64,000 nt of DNA from the human T2T-CHM13v2.0 reference genome, Homo sapiens. The stretch's first letter is position 1. Every line of letters starts with the position of its first letter. The stretch is from NCBI RefSeq assembly GCF_009914755.1, contig NC_060926.1; one strand, given 5' to 3'. The notes under the pieces are model-generated. The model was given only the letters and a program-made list of their open reading frames with translations, was not told the DNA's origin and did no database searches. The position numbers were made by a program, and so were the translations under genes. Positions 42,172-57,061 of this stretch are shown in pieces.

Positions 42172-43927
42172 CCTAGTGATATAGGTAAGATACTTTTGAA
42201 GCAATGCAGTGAATTTGAGAAAAAGGGAGTATTTTATTTGAGTAGAAAATAGAATTGAGATCCAGAGAGTTCATTGCTATTCCACTGCCTGGCTTTCAAG
42301 AATAACATATGCTCAAGTAATCCATTATGTGGTATCCTTTAACCATCTATCTGTTAGTAAGTCCCAGATGCCCTGAAATCTCCTCCAAATTTGGAATTTG
42401 GAATGTTACTATTTTTCTACTGTTCAGACTCTAGATGTTTTTTAAAAATAAAATTCAAAAGCCTCTTGAAGTAGTAAGAACTAAATAATAAATGTTTGTC
42501 TAGTACACCACAGTTGTTAGATAACAGCTCACTAAGGATTAGGACAATCTTTTAGGCCATAGGGAAGGTAAATGAAGGTGGGGGAAAAAGTTAAATTTTG
42601 GGTTAGGATTAACCTTTTCTATGTGTAAAATGAAGACAGGAATGAACTGAAGCAAAATTTTCCCCTTCATCTTGCTTTGTATAACATGTGGCTGTGTTTA
42701 CTTGGTGTTTCACACAAGAATTTTGTGAACTTCATAAGAATTCCTCAGCATGTTTTTAGGATTAGAGATATTATGATAACTGGGTATTGGAGTGATTAAC
42801 TAACCATTCATATGTTTTCATGTGTTTGTCCTGCATTTGTTAACTGATAGGCTTCCTGTTTAATTGAATAAAAATGTATTTTTTTTGATTGGCAGCTTCT
42901 GTTTGTGTAGCTAGATTTTAAGATATTATTCAGGGAATTCAGACATGTCATCACCGTGACCTTGGTGTCTGTCCTCTTACTTGAAAAGGTTGATTGAACG
43001 GGAAATGTTTCAATTAGAAGAACGGATTTGGATGGAAGTACGATTAAAGAATCTAGTGTTTGAGTGGGAAGAATAACTTTTCTGCTCAATCATGAATCAT
43101 GAATCCTGCTTTTCATCACTTAAAAAAAATAGGAAAGGGCAAGGTGTCTTACCCAGAAGTAATATATTATTTATGTAGTCCTTGATGTATGACCCAGAGT
43201 TAGTAGTTAATATTCCATGAGCTGACCTAACCAGTTGTACAATGGTTTGGTTCAGTAATGCACATAGTGTGCCCTTACCAACATGCATTGCCATCTTCCC
43301 TGTAAACAAAACGACTGCATCATGGTATGACGAATGCAAAGGAATTTATCTTTGCCACAGGGTTGCAAATCACATACTCATCCCAGATCTTCATCCATAC
43401 AACTTGTTTTGTGAAGAGCAACTACACAGGTGCGTTATGCTGAACCCAAACACAATTGTGACTGTACCAGAGAAATGGAACTAACAATTTTCTCAAGTGT
43501 TTATGTTGAACACAATTACCTACTCAAAAAACCACAATAGTAGGAATGTGTTTTTACAGAACCCCTTTCTATTTTTCATTTTTGAGAATTTTTTTAAATT
43601 CAAATGAATATCAAAGATTCTCATCTTTCTTACCTATGAAGGACTTGCCACTTATCTGTCAAATTATATTGCTTTTTCTCCAAAACAGTGAAAATTGTTT
43701 ATATTAGACCATGACTAGACTGTCTTCCTCAATAGAGAATTCAGTACTAATATTTATGGGAGCATACTGCTACCTATGCTGATTTATTATTAGCATTTTT
43801 ACTGTTAGAATTTTATTGACCTTTAAAAGTTTTTCCTCCCTTCAAATTGCAAGCTTCCCAGAAGGAGAGGTTTGTGTATTCTGATCTAATGTTCATGGTT
43901 CTCATACGACGTAGTGCTCAGTTGCTT

Positions 43928-43962
43928 CCAGTCCCTGATGCCAAAAATGTTGGGGACTGCTG
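43928..43962 (+). mobile_element. Short MER1-like (hAT-Charlie) terminal fragment
   Basis: CCAGTCCCTGATGCCAAAAATGTTGGGGACTGCTG resembles the recalled MER1 3' terminus. Confidence 0.55.
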
Positions 43963-45892
43963 TTGTATAGCATTCCTTTGGAGTTCTATCGTAACTCTTT
44001 CCAGTCCTGATTGTGTAGCAGAAATGCTATTTACCTTTGATAGTCAGTGTCAATGTGGTCAACCAATAGCATACTTGTGATTTTTAGCTCTTTACCTAGA
44101 GACAAGAGGAAATCAAAATTATCAATAGTCAGCCTGTGTTTCTGATTCAGAGAAAGTTTTATTGTGTTTATTGGTATACACATCTCTTTCTTGGGTACTA
44201 AAGTTTATAGGAATGTCAATTCCTCAGCTAAAAAGCAAACAATTTATAAGATCCTTAGATATAATTATAGGAGCTTCATTTGCACGTCTTCTTCATACTA
44301 AAATTTGTGCATTTTTAGATAAACAGAAGCATATATTAACTCAGAGAGAAAAATGCATCCTGTAAGTTAGTGTCCCAACTTTACAAAAAGTCTTGTCTGC
44401 AAACTGGTAGTGCAGCTAAGTTTATAAACTATCCCATAAGATTACTGCCCTTGGACATGAGCTCACTGATTTAAGATGTGAGGCAGGTACCTGGATTGGA
44501 AGTAATATTTTTTTGGAATGCTTCCTTGGCAATGAAAAGGCCACCCTTTAATTAAACAATGGTCAGGTAGCTGGCTAGTTCCCTTAGGGTATCACGTTTG
44601 ACCACCATTTCTGGCAAATTGGACATTCAGTAGTAGCAGCAGTTAACTAAGCTCATGTATAATGATCATTCTTGTTACCATAACAACTTTGTTTATAAAC
44701 CTGAAGTCCCGGGCCAACTGTGGAAGGAGTATGACTCATATTCACATTCAGCTTATACATCTGGATTAAGCCTCCTCTTATGTGGAGTAGAGTGTATTCT
44801 GGTTAGAATCCACATGGGATACAAATATTTTTATGATTTGGACTTTTTTCAAGTATTCCATCCACATACTCCTTTCCAAGCTTACTTGTCTCTAATTCTT
44901 CTTCTTCTTCTTCTTTTTTTTCCAATTCTCAATCTCCCTCTTTCCTAATTTATACTAACAATTGCCCAACTACCCAAAATAAGAGTTAATTCTTACATTT
45001 CAGTGGGTGGACAAGAAAATTGTTCTGCTCAATGCTTTGTCCACTAGGAATATTACAAGAGTTATACTATGTAATAACAACTCAAAAGCTTTCAGTAATG
45101 TCTCTCTCACTTAATACTGAGAATATGTAAACATGTGGGTATGTCTTTGTATGTGTCTATGTGTATTAACATGCACCATTAGGATCCAAATAGAACATTA
45201 TATAACCTAAGGAAAAAAATCATCAAAAGAAATAAACTGAACTTTGAAATCAGAGAATTTACGTGATTGTGTTTCTAGCAATAGTCAAGTAATTTACATA
45301 TACAAGCAGATGACAGAAAATCCACAATTAAGATACGAAAAAGCGAAAAGTGATCTTCTTTTACAGCCACAAAACAAGCATATTGGATATTAGCTTACCA
45401 GTCTGTCACTCAAGATTTTTGACAGCTTAAAGTCAATGCATCCGAAGGCAATCTAAGCCCTAAGAGCTATGGAACAAATTCTTTGAATTAAATTTTACTT
45501 TTATTCTAGTTCTTACTTTCCCGGCTCACAACCTATTTTAATCTTATTATATTTTTTAAGCTCTAGACTCATTGATTACTCTTAAATTATGTAAATGCTT
45601 CAAATAATCTTAACATATCACTTCTCTTAGGGAGATTTTTTTCAGGCCAATATGTTCTAATATTTTAAGATATCTTATTTAGAGTGGATGAATCACAACT
45701 GCCAATGCCCAGAAAAGGTAAAGAATTCCCAGGCAGAAGGGCAATAACAGTGGTGTCTCCACATCTTAGTTGTTCTTTTCTCTCCCTTGAGCCATTCTAC
45801 AGTAATTCCATTCTGTGCTGGTAGAGAGTCCCTGCTCAGAAACACTGTCCAAATCAAGAAAGAATAAGAAAAGTAAGATCCTGTAGTGAATA

Positions 45893-46195
45893 GTTTTTTG
45901 GGTAACATCTTTACTGAGATATATAATCCTCATATCATAAAATTCACCCATTTAAGTGTACAGTTAATGATTTTTAGTTTATTTACAAAGTTGTATAAAC
46001 ATTTAATTTTAAAACATGTTTATCACCACAAAAAGAAATCTCCTACCCTTTTAGCTTTCATCCCCCAACCTCTTGATTTCTCCCTAACCCTAAGCAAACA
46101 CTAACCTACTTTCTGTCTCTATAGATTTGCTTATTCTGGACATTTATATAATTGGTATCTGATAATATATTGCCCTTTGTGATTGACTTCTTTTA
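45893..46195 (-). mobile_element. L1MB-type 3' end
   Basis: CATAAAATTCACCCATTTAAGTGTACAG..CACTAACCTACTTTCTGTCTCTATAGATTTGCTTATTCTGGACATTT. Confidence 0.85.
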
Positions 46196-46233
46196 GTCAA
46201 CAGTTTTGATTAGCCCAGAAAGCACTAGGTTAA

Positions 46234-46958
<725 letters not shown>

Positions 46959-47166
46959 TTAATTTCCACCTCCTGCAGGAACGCTTTGTGACTGCCAATC
47001 CCATTTGTAGTCAGCGTATCATGGTTAATAATCCTAATTATTACTATTAATTAATATTCCAGGTACCATATGCTAGGTAGTGTGCTCAGTACTTAACATG
47101 CTTATTTTATTTAATCTACACTGTGAAGTAAATATTATTATTTCCATTTAACAGTTGATGAAGCAA

Positions 47167-47472
<306 letters not shown>

Positions 47473-47824
47473 TAGCGGAAACATTTTAAAAGAATCTAAA
47501 TGGTTTTCCTAAGATTTCATAACTCAGGGTTCCTGGGCTGTTGGGTATGCACTATGAAAAAGTATCCACTTGTAATTGTTGCACCTTGAGTTCTTGTTTC
47601 ACAAAGTTCCAGGAAGAAGCTCAGCCCCAGAAAAACAAAAACAGATTCAAGTCAGAGATGCATGAGTTGGAGATTTACTTTAGAGAACTCCCCTTATTAT
47701 CACATGAAAATTCCTGTCCAGGGAGGAGCTTATCCGCCACTTTGTATACATAATGACGTATGTAGAAGCAGAGCAGTGCACCTGCGCTGCCTTTACTCCA
47801 CATCTACATAAAAATGACCCAGCA

Positions 47825-48608
47825 TACACATGAAAAAATGCTCATCATCACTGGTCATCAGAGAAATGCAAATCAAAACCACAATGAGATACCATCTCAC
47901 ACCAGTTAGAATGGCAATCATTAAAAAGTCAGGAAACAACAGGTGCTGGAGAGGATGTGGAGAAATAGGAACAGTTTTACACTGTTGGTGGGACTGTAAA
48001 CTAGTTCAACCATTGTGGAAGTCAGTGTGGCAATTCCTCAGGGATCTAGAACTGGAAATACCATTTGACCCAGCCATCCCATTACTGGGTATATACCCAA
48101 AGGACTATAAATCATGCTGCTATAAAGACACATGCACACGTATGTTTATTGTGGCATTATTCACAATAGCAAAGACTTGGAACCAACCCAAATGTCCAAC
48201 AATGATAGACTGGATTAAGAAAATGTGGCACATATACACCATGGAATACTATGCAGCCATAAAAAATGATGAGTTCATGTCCTTTGTAGGGACATGGATG
48301 AAAGTGGAAATCATCATTCTCAGTAAACTATCGCAAGAACAAAAAACCAAACACCGCATATTCTCACTCATAGGTGGGAATTGAACAATGAGATCACATG
48401 GACACAGGAAGGGGAATATCACACTCTGGGGACTGTTGTGGGGTGGGGGGAGAGGGGGAGGGGTAGCATCGGGAGATATACCTAATGCTAGATGATGAGT
48501 TAGTGGGTGCAGCGCACCAGCATGGCACATGCATACATATGTAACTAACCTGCACAATGTGCACATGTACCCTAAAACTTAAAGTATAATAAAAAATAAA
48601 AAAAAAAA
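47825..48608 (+). mobile_element. Young 5'-truncated L1 (L1PA2-like), 0.78 kb
   Basis: Intact 184-aa ORF2 C-terminus (47830-48384, CWRGCGE..HCWWDC knuckle). 3' UTR GAGATCACATGGACACAGGAAGGGGAATATC with GAG (not ACA/ACG) at the Ta diagnostic site. TSD AAAA(T/A)GACCCAGCA. Confidence 0.93.
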
Positions 48609-48644
48609 GACCCAGCAAAACAGCCCAATTAAAAACTCTATGTT

Positions 48645-48999
<355 letters not shown>

Positions 49000-49172
49000 C
49001 TATCCTGGGCATCCTCCTTACAAGTAGTGAATCCCCTTGTGAAATCCACCCTGGTTGTGGTCATTGGACTGTCAGTTGCCAAGTGATGGAACCCACTGGT
49101 TGTGTGTGTCCAAGAATTTTATAATAAATCATAAATTTTCAAGCCTAGGTCTGTCTGATTACAAAGTTTAAG

Positions 49173-49366
49173 CAAGTGATTTTCAAACTGTAGTGCATGT
49201 CAAAATCATCTGAAGGGCTTGAGGAAACAAACAAACAAACAGAAAACAGATTTCATGGCAACCCATCCCTAGCAGGTGTTACTGGGGTCTTAGAATCTGA
49301 ATTTTAATAAGTACGCCAAGTGTTTCTGATGTTGATGGCTCACTGAGCATACTTTAAAAATTATTG
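49173..49366. mobile_element. MER5-type hAT-Charlie MITE
   Basis: CAAGTGATTTTCAAACT..AATCATCTGAAGGGCTTG..AGAATCTGAATTTTAATAAG..ACTTTAAAAATTATTG. Confidence 0.7.
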
Positions 49367-50331
49367 ACTGCTCTTATTTTTCATGTTATACTACTGATTA
49401 CTATTCTACATAGCTTTTTTGATTTTTATTTGTACTACAATTTAACTTTTCATTAAAATATTGTGTGTGAATGTGTCTATTATATTGTAAGTAGGCTTTA
49501 ACTGCTACAATTGTCATATACTTATTTTTGTATATTCTGTAGAACCCAATGCCTATCCTTGAAATATTGGGGCCTCCTAAATATTTGAACTGAATTGATA
49601 CAAGGCAAGAAATCATAATTTCCAGATGTTTGCTGTTTAGTAGACCTATGTACCTGAAATCTGAGTATTGCAATGGCAGAAAGTAGTGAGGGTACATTTT
49701 TGGATGGACCTGTCTTGGTAAGGAGGTGAGACTCACAAAGCAGATTAGCAGTATGAAGATTATATATATGTGTATACATATATATATATGAAAGTAAATA
49801 TGAATAGAGTATAATGGCTTTGTTTTAAAATGAGCTAAAATTGGAAAATTTGGAATAGAGGGTTCTTGATAGAGGACTTTCAATGCTAGGGTATGGAATA
49901 AACACTTTATCTTAAAAGCCAAAGTTTGCTACTACAGGTTCTTGAGCAAGGAAATGAAAAGCTGAGAGCAGTGTGAGAGATTATGTTACTAAACTTCTGC
50001 AGTATTAAAAGCAAGGGGAAAGAAACAAAACTGTTACAATAATTTAAGAAATAGATGATAAAAACATGGAATATAATGATGTTTAGAAAAACATCTTCAA
50101 ATCTGGGGTAGTAGGTAAAAGATTTGTCAGGACTTTGGTATATTATCTTTCAACTAAACACTTTTTTTTTAAGTTGAAAGGCAATTTAGACCCTCAACTC
50201 ATCTCTCAATTTTAAGATTTTTAAAGAGGTAATTATGAAGCATATATAATTAACTAGCCATGGTGCTAGATAATATTGATTCAAAGATTAATAAAATACA
50301 GTTCCTGCATTTAAGAAGTTTACAAGTTGGG

Positions 50332-50648
<317 letters not shown>

Positions 50649-50852
50649 TCAGACATTCTTAAGACATTGTGAATTATATATGTTTAACAGAGAAAATGAG
50701 CTAATTAACTAGACTCACATAAAAGAATTATCTCAAAAATGATATATTTTCAATTACTTATATGTAAAACATTTTGTCAAATTACTATTTATAAATTTAT
50801 AGTCATTTGTATGCTTCAAAATGTTTTGAAATATACAATTTAATTATATATT

Positions 50853-51101
50853 AGTGGGTTTCATAGGCAAGAAAGAGGGAAGTAGCTCCCTGTACAGAGA
50901 CAGAAGGAAGTGGGCCCCAAGCAGAGAGAGGGATCCCCAAGTGTGGGGGTTGGGGGTGGGGAACAGCCAGTTATATTAGGAAGCTGGAGGAGGTGGTGTC
51001 TGATTTGCATAGGGTCCAGGAGATTGGTCTGACCAAGTATGTCATTTATGTAGCCTGGGAAAAAACTGGCCCCCCAACCTTGCCTTTTAATGTGCAAATG
51101 T
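50853..51101 (-). mobile_element. Internal fragment of a MER51-family LTR
   Basis: Resembles 19565-19785 of this window (ATAGGCAA.., GAGGAGG.GGTGT.TGATTT.CATAGGG, ..CCCT..CTTTTA.T.TGC); no LTR termini. Confidence 0.8.
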
Positions 51102-52369
51102 ACATTAATATGCTATTTGCAATGTGCTATTGCAAACCAAATATACCAAATCTCTTTTCTGATAGTTTTTAAAAACTGAGCTCAGGAAAATGTGAATCAA
51201 ATGATAAAACAAACTTTTTATTGGTCTCACTGATCCAAAAGCTCTTCCTATTGAAAAGTCTACTATTTGTATATTTTCATTATATGCTTCTTAAAAATGA
51301 AGTTAAATTGTAATACTGAAATGTACTCTACTTGTCTTATGATTTTGTTGTTTAGCTTAAAACTTTTAAATACATGTAATGAGGTAAATTAATATTAAAA
51401 TGTGTTTCCATGTTAGTAAACTAATAACCTGACAGGTCAATGTTTTAAAACTTTTAAGTTGGAATGGGATTTTATACTGTTTGTAGTAGAGAAACTGATT
51501 TAATAATTTAAATAAAAAAAAGGTTCAAATTCTGGAAAATCAACTAGATCAATCTATGTAAATAACTTGCTCTTAAAAGTTTAGTATGATTTAAATTTAT
51601 GTACTAAAATTGTGTTATAAAATTATAATAAAAAATCTAAATTTTTGATGTATCTATATTTAATAATGTGTTAGCATTTGCTTTGCTCTCTAAGGCAATA
51701 ATGATACATGAGTCTTACATTCATAAAACCTTTGATATTTATAAAGTTCAAGGAAGTTATCAAAGTATGATATATTTTATTATAAAGAAAACAATGCAAG
51801 CAAATATATTACTCTGTAATAAAAGAAAAATTACTTAATTTTTCCAATGTGAACAAGTAAAGTAGAAAATTCACAAGGTTATAGTTTAATTGAGTTTAGA
51901 AATATGAATTATTCACTGGCTATGAAAATGAAATGGGGAACAGAGAAACTTTGACATTGTTTTAGGCTGCTGCCCTAGATAAGTTATAGTGATGTTTGAA
52001 AGAAAGCCACTGTAGCTTTAAATAATTTACAGACTCTCTGGATAAATGTATCCTGCTGCTTTCGTCTCTACTGACTTATGAATAAAGAGTGACATGTAGC
52101 AGGAATTCAGTGCTGCAGCAGATGTTGAAGAAGAAAACTTCAATTACAGAGAATATTAGTGGGAGATTTTTTTTCAAATTTATATCACAATCATGGTGCA
52201 TAGCTCATAGTAGTTGTTCAATAAATATTTTTAGTGGAATAATGAAGAGGTTGGGAATGAATTCTAAAAACCTATGACAATTAGATTATGAATTACCTCT
52301 AGCTCTCATCAAAGAGAAACAGGTTTTCAAGTGTACACTTGGCATAATCCCCATAGAGAAGCATATTTA

Positions 52370-52659
<290 letters not shown>

Positions 52660-53699
52660 GTTTAAAATGTTTTATTTTAATAAAAGAAAGCCTCCAGTGA
52701 AATTTTTATAGCATTTTCCACACATGACTTATTAGTTCAATGATTATCAATGAATAAAATCAAAGTAAGGTTTATAACTTCAAATTTGATGAAAATCTTA
52801 AAAAGAATAGCTTCTTGTTCTGTTGTTAAAATTTAGATTGCAGCTATGACAAAAATATATGGGCTGTATTTAAAATTTTAGCTTTCTCTTCACACAAATG
52901 GTACAACTGTTCTTTATCATAATTTTACTCAGTTGAGTAATAAATACACTTTGGTGTATCTTTCCACTTCCTAAGGTTCTGTCCTTTCTTTTACAGTTTC
53001 TTATCAAAGCTGGCAGACATCCTACATCTGTCTTCAAACCCTTAGCAGAGTTTTGAAGTTTAGGAGGAGCTTTATTTGGGGTTATCTCTCTTTGCTTCTT
53101 GTAGTCTGAAGTAAAATAATTTGAGTGTAAGAAACACTAAAAACAAATAATATATTGTCTCATGCCCTTGGTTTGCCTTCCTTTTCTAAATAAGAGATGC
53201 ATTGTATAGTGTGTCTGTGGAATTTTACAGTTTCCTACCATGAGAGAAATGCTGAGGGGACCTTTACTATTTTTCAGACATTCTGCACCCTTAAGATAAA
53301 TGTGGCATTTGCATTTATAGGCTGTTACAGTTTAGAGTGACTGAGGTGATTTGTTAAAGTGCTTTGTAAAATTCAAAATTATTTTGTCATTGTTTGACAT
53401 GCATCTTGTCTGCTACTGAAGTAAGGGTGAGAAAACAGGAAGACAAAACAACTTGAGCTAAAGTACTTGGTGGGTCCATATTTTGTATAGGATTACTCAG
53501 TGTTGGGCAATGCCTTGCAAGTTTCAGATCAGTCTACCTAGTTGAGAAATTTAATTTTAGAAATCATTCAGAAAAAAGGAGAGAAACACAATTGATTTTT
53601 TTTACAAATGACTTTTTTTTCGTTAGTTTTTTGTGGAGTTGTATTTTTATGAACAGCATTTATTTCTCTGTTAATACAAGCATGTATACTTGGCCTTGA

Positions 53700-53872
53700 G
53701 AGAGGTGAAAACATGGAATGGTATGGAGATAGTGCTGTTGTAGTCCTGGTTCCTCCCCTTGTTAGCCATCGTACTCTCTAGAGAGCTTAGTCTCTCTCAG
53801 ACTGTTTCTCAGTTAGATGGGGATAAAAATTCCTCCTTGCTTTCGTCACGTAGTTGTTGCAATGTATCCATC
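53700..53872 (+). mobile_element. MIR SINE (degenerate)
   Basis: TAGTCCTGGTTCC..TTAGC..CTTAGTCTCTCTCAGACTGTTTC..ATGGGGATAAAAAT..TAGTTGTTG. Confidence 0.55.
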
Positions 53873-54206
53873 TATATTTTAAGACATAAATTTATCTTTA
53901 GTAACTGTTAGTAACAATACCCCTGAACAAGATGAGCATTGTCTTTGTCCTCAAGGATTTACTAGTAAGGCATGAATACCTGGAAGGTTTTTTGAAGAAG
54001 GGTGTGATAAACACCACCAAGAAGAGTAAAGTCAGTTATCATTCTGCAAGCAAAGCTTCTCCTCAGGAATGCGGGGCTAAACATTATCCCTTGACTTTTA
54101 GTTATGTCAGAAGAAAAACCAACAACAAAGATATAATTGGGGGGAAAAAACCCTCATCAGAAAGACTACTCTGTCACCCCCAGGTGTGAAGTGGGCTGAT
54201 TTAGAT

Positions 54207-54347
54207 TACTTATGTATTTATTTATTTACTTATTTATTTCAACTTTCATTTTAGGTTCATGGGATACATGTGCAAGTTTGTTACATGGGCATATGCGTGA
54301 TGCTGAGGTTTAGGGTATGAATGATCCCCTCAGCCAGGTAGTGAGCA
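54207..54347 (-). mobile_element. Very short L1PA (L1PA15/16-like) 3' end
   Basis: TACATGTGCAAGTTTGTTACATGGG..TGATGCTGAGGTTT..AATGATCCC; TSD TGATTTAGAT at 54197 and 54348. Confidence 0.85.
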
Positions 54348-55291
54348 TGATTTAGATATTTCTTTTTCTTCCCTTCTCTTTTTCCCTGTAGGCGGGTTAT
54401 ATTAGGCATATGCCTTTACATATTGTTCAAATGGGAAGAACTGCCCCAATGATATCTCTTTATTTATAGCAAATTTTGATCCTGCATTTACAAGGTATCT
54501 AACTGAACCAAATTATTTCATCTTAAGTAATTTGGATGTACCCTTTATGCAAGAGTTAGATTCAGAGGGGACCAAAGAAATGGTTTGTGTCTCTGGTCTT
54601 CTCCTAGGGGATAACGAACAATAACAGATTTCTAATTGAGGTGCATCATTGGTTCTATCACTGTATTTTAAAATGTTTTCTCAATTTATTTCCTTTATGT
54701 ATACAGTTTTATCTAAAATAAAAATAATTTTTGATAACTAAGATTGTTAACAACTTTTTGATGACAAACAAAAAGTTGAGAGTCTTAGTTTAATTACATC
54801 ATCTTAATTTCTCTTGTTCTTCAAATGTAAAATTAGAGCATTTCATTAACTGATTTCCCCTCAAGATTTCTCTCCTATTAGTTTTTCCTTGAGTTTTAAA
54901 ATTGGTTTCATTTTCCCTACTTTCATACTCCACATCTTACACTTGTAGTGGAAATTTTTATTCAACTGCGTAAAGAAAACTCTTTCTGGAGAAAGGGGGT
55001 GGCCAAGAGAAGGGAAAGTGATGTGGCAGTGAATTTTTGGTGGTTCTACGGTTATTAAAAAGTTAGCCTCAAGGTTATGGTAGAAAGGGTGATTAAAAAT
55101 ATAAAAATTTGTAAATCTAAAATCTAGGTAAGAGGAAGAGGACTCTCAGTGCTGATTATATTCTTTGTTCCCTATCGGTTTATCAACTGTGTTGTGCTTT
55201 GACTTCTTATTTTTTTCCCAGAAAAACTTCTGATTTTTTTTATTACATGACTTATGATTAATTATGTTATATCCTGTTAGTGATCTCACAG

Positions 55292-56140
55292 TTTTTTATG
55301 TTTCTAATTTTAATGGATACATAATAGTTGTACATATTTATGGGGTACATGTGATATTTTGATACAAGCATACAATGTGTGATGAGTAAATCTGGGTAAT
55401 TGGGATATTCGTCACCTCAAACATTTATTATTACTTTGTGTTGGAAACATTCTAAATCTACTCTTCTAATTATTCTAAAATATACAATAAATTATCATTA
55501 ACGCTAGCTGCCCTATAGTGCTATTGAGTACTAGATCTTATTCCTCTGTCTAGCTGTATTTTGTACTCTTAACCAACCTGTACCTATTTATTGCCAATTC
55601 CCTCACCACCCTTCCCAGCATCTGGTGACTACCATTCTACTCTCTACTTCCATGAGATCAATTGATTTTTGCTCCCATATGTGAGAAAAAATATGTGATT
55701 TTTGTCTTCCTGTGCCTGGCTTATTACACTCAATGTCCTCCCGTTCCATTCATGTTGCAACAAATGACAGGATTTTATTTTTTATGGCTGAATAATATTC
55801 CACTGTTTATATATGCTACATTTTCTTTATCCATTCATTAGCTGATGGACACTTCCATATCCTGGCTATTGTGAACAGTGCTGCAATAAGCTTAGGAGTG
55901 CAAATATCTCTTTGATATACTGATTTCCTTTCTTTTGGATATATATCTATAAGTGGTATTGCTGGGTCATATGGTAATTCTAATTTTAGTTTTCTGAGGA
56001 ACCTCCATACTATTTTCCATAATGGCTATACTAATTTACATTTTTACCCACATCCTTGCTAGCATTTTGTTTTCTGTCTTTTTGATAGCCATTTTAACTG
56101 CAGTGAGAGGATCATTGTGGTTTTGATTTTCATTTCCCTG
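55292..56140 (-). mobile_element. L1MA-type 3' fragment
   Basis: GATACATAATAGTTGTACATATTTATGGGGTACATGTGATATTTTGATACAAGCATACAATGTG..GAGGAACCTCCATAC. Confidence 0.9.
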
Positions 56141-56199
56141 CTTTTTCCATCGTTCCTTTTTCTCTTTTACTTTTATTGCTCCTTGTGGAAGACTAAGAT

Positions 56200-56600
56200 T
56201 TCGCACTATTCCATCTTCTCCTTTCTACCGGTTCTGAACACATGTTCCTTTTCTAATCCCCTAGAGATTACTCTGGAAATTTTAATATGCAAATTTTACT
56301 TAATAAACTATATGTTTAATAGATATTTTTGTCATTCTTCCCCCAAATTTAACCATGTAAAAATGTTTTAGCTATAGTCATTCTTCTAAATATTATGCTA
56401 TGATTACCCAATATTTTATTTCTAGCTTATTTTAATCCCACAAATTGGACTTTATTATTATTGTTTTATTCAGTCAATGTTTGTTTAGATTTACCCAAGT
56501 GTTTCTATATTCTCAGCTTTTTATTCTTTCGTGCCTCACAACTTTCTTTCTAGGGCCAGCCTACTTTTTCCTAAAGTATCTTTAGAAGTTCCTTGCTCAC
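56200..56600 (-). mobile_element. Old L1M/L1ME remnant
   Basis: CCCTAGAGATTAC..TTATTATTATTGTTTTATTCAGTCAATGTTTGTTTAGATTTACCCA; degenerate. Confidence 0.4.
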
Positions 56601-57061
56601 AGCCTGCTTCTGTGTTGGGGAAGCATTCATTGTGATTGATTGTTGTCCATGACAGTCAGATCCCCAAAGTTCCACGTGCCAGGCTCTGCCATTGGTTTCC
56701 ACTGGAGAGCAAAAAAGATGACCCACGTGCCATCTGAGCTCCACTTGCTGGTGGTGTTCCTTACTCTCAAATCAGGCACCCTGGTGGTAGCCTGATTTAC
56801 ATTCATTCTGGCATTTTTTTTCTTTCTCACAGCATCTTAAGCATAAAGAAACTGATGCTTAGAGGAATTCGATAATTTGCTCAAATTGAATAGTGGAAAA
56901 ACAAAAAGGACACGCTTGAGGTTGCATAGCATATTATACCATTTTTATGGAAGTAATGTTATATCCCAGGTTCCTATAATAAAAATCATCAGAATTCCCT
57001 TCAGGACTCTGGTCGGGAATAAAGGAAAATGTTAAATGCTCAAATTAAAAAACTTTAAGCA

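Noticed and set aside
47830-48384. 184-aa cysteine-rich ORF as a host gene
   Set aside because: C-terminus of L1 ORF2 in a 5'-truncated insertion
49401-49922. 173-aa minus-strand ORF
   Set aside because: Non-ATG start, AT-rich with (TA)n content, no recognisable domain or exon structure; compatible with chance
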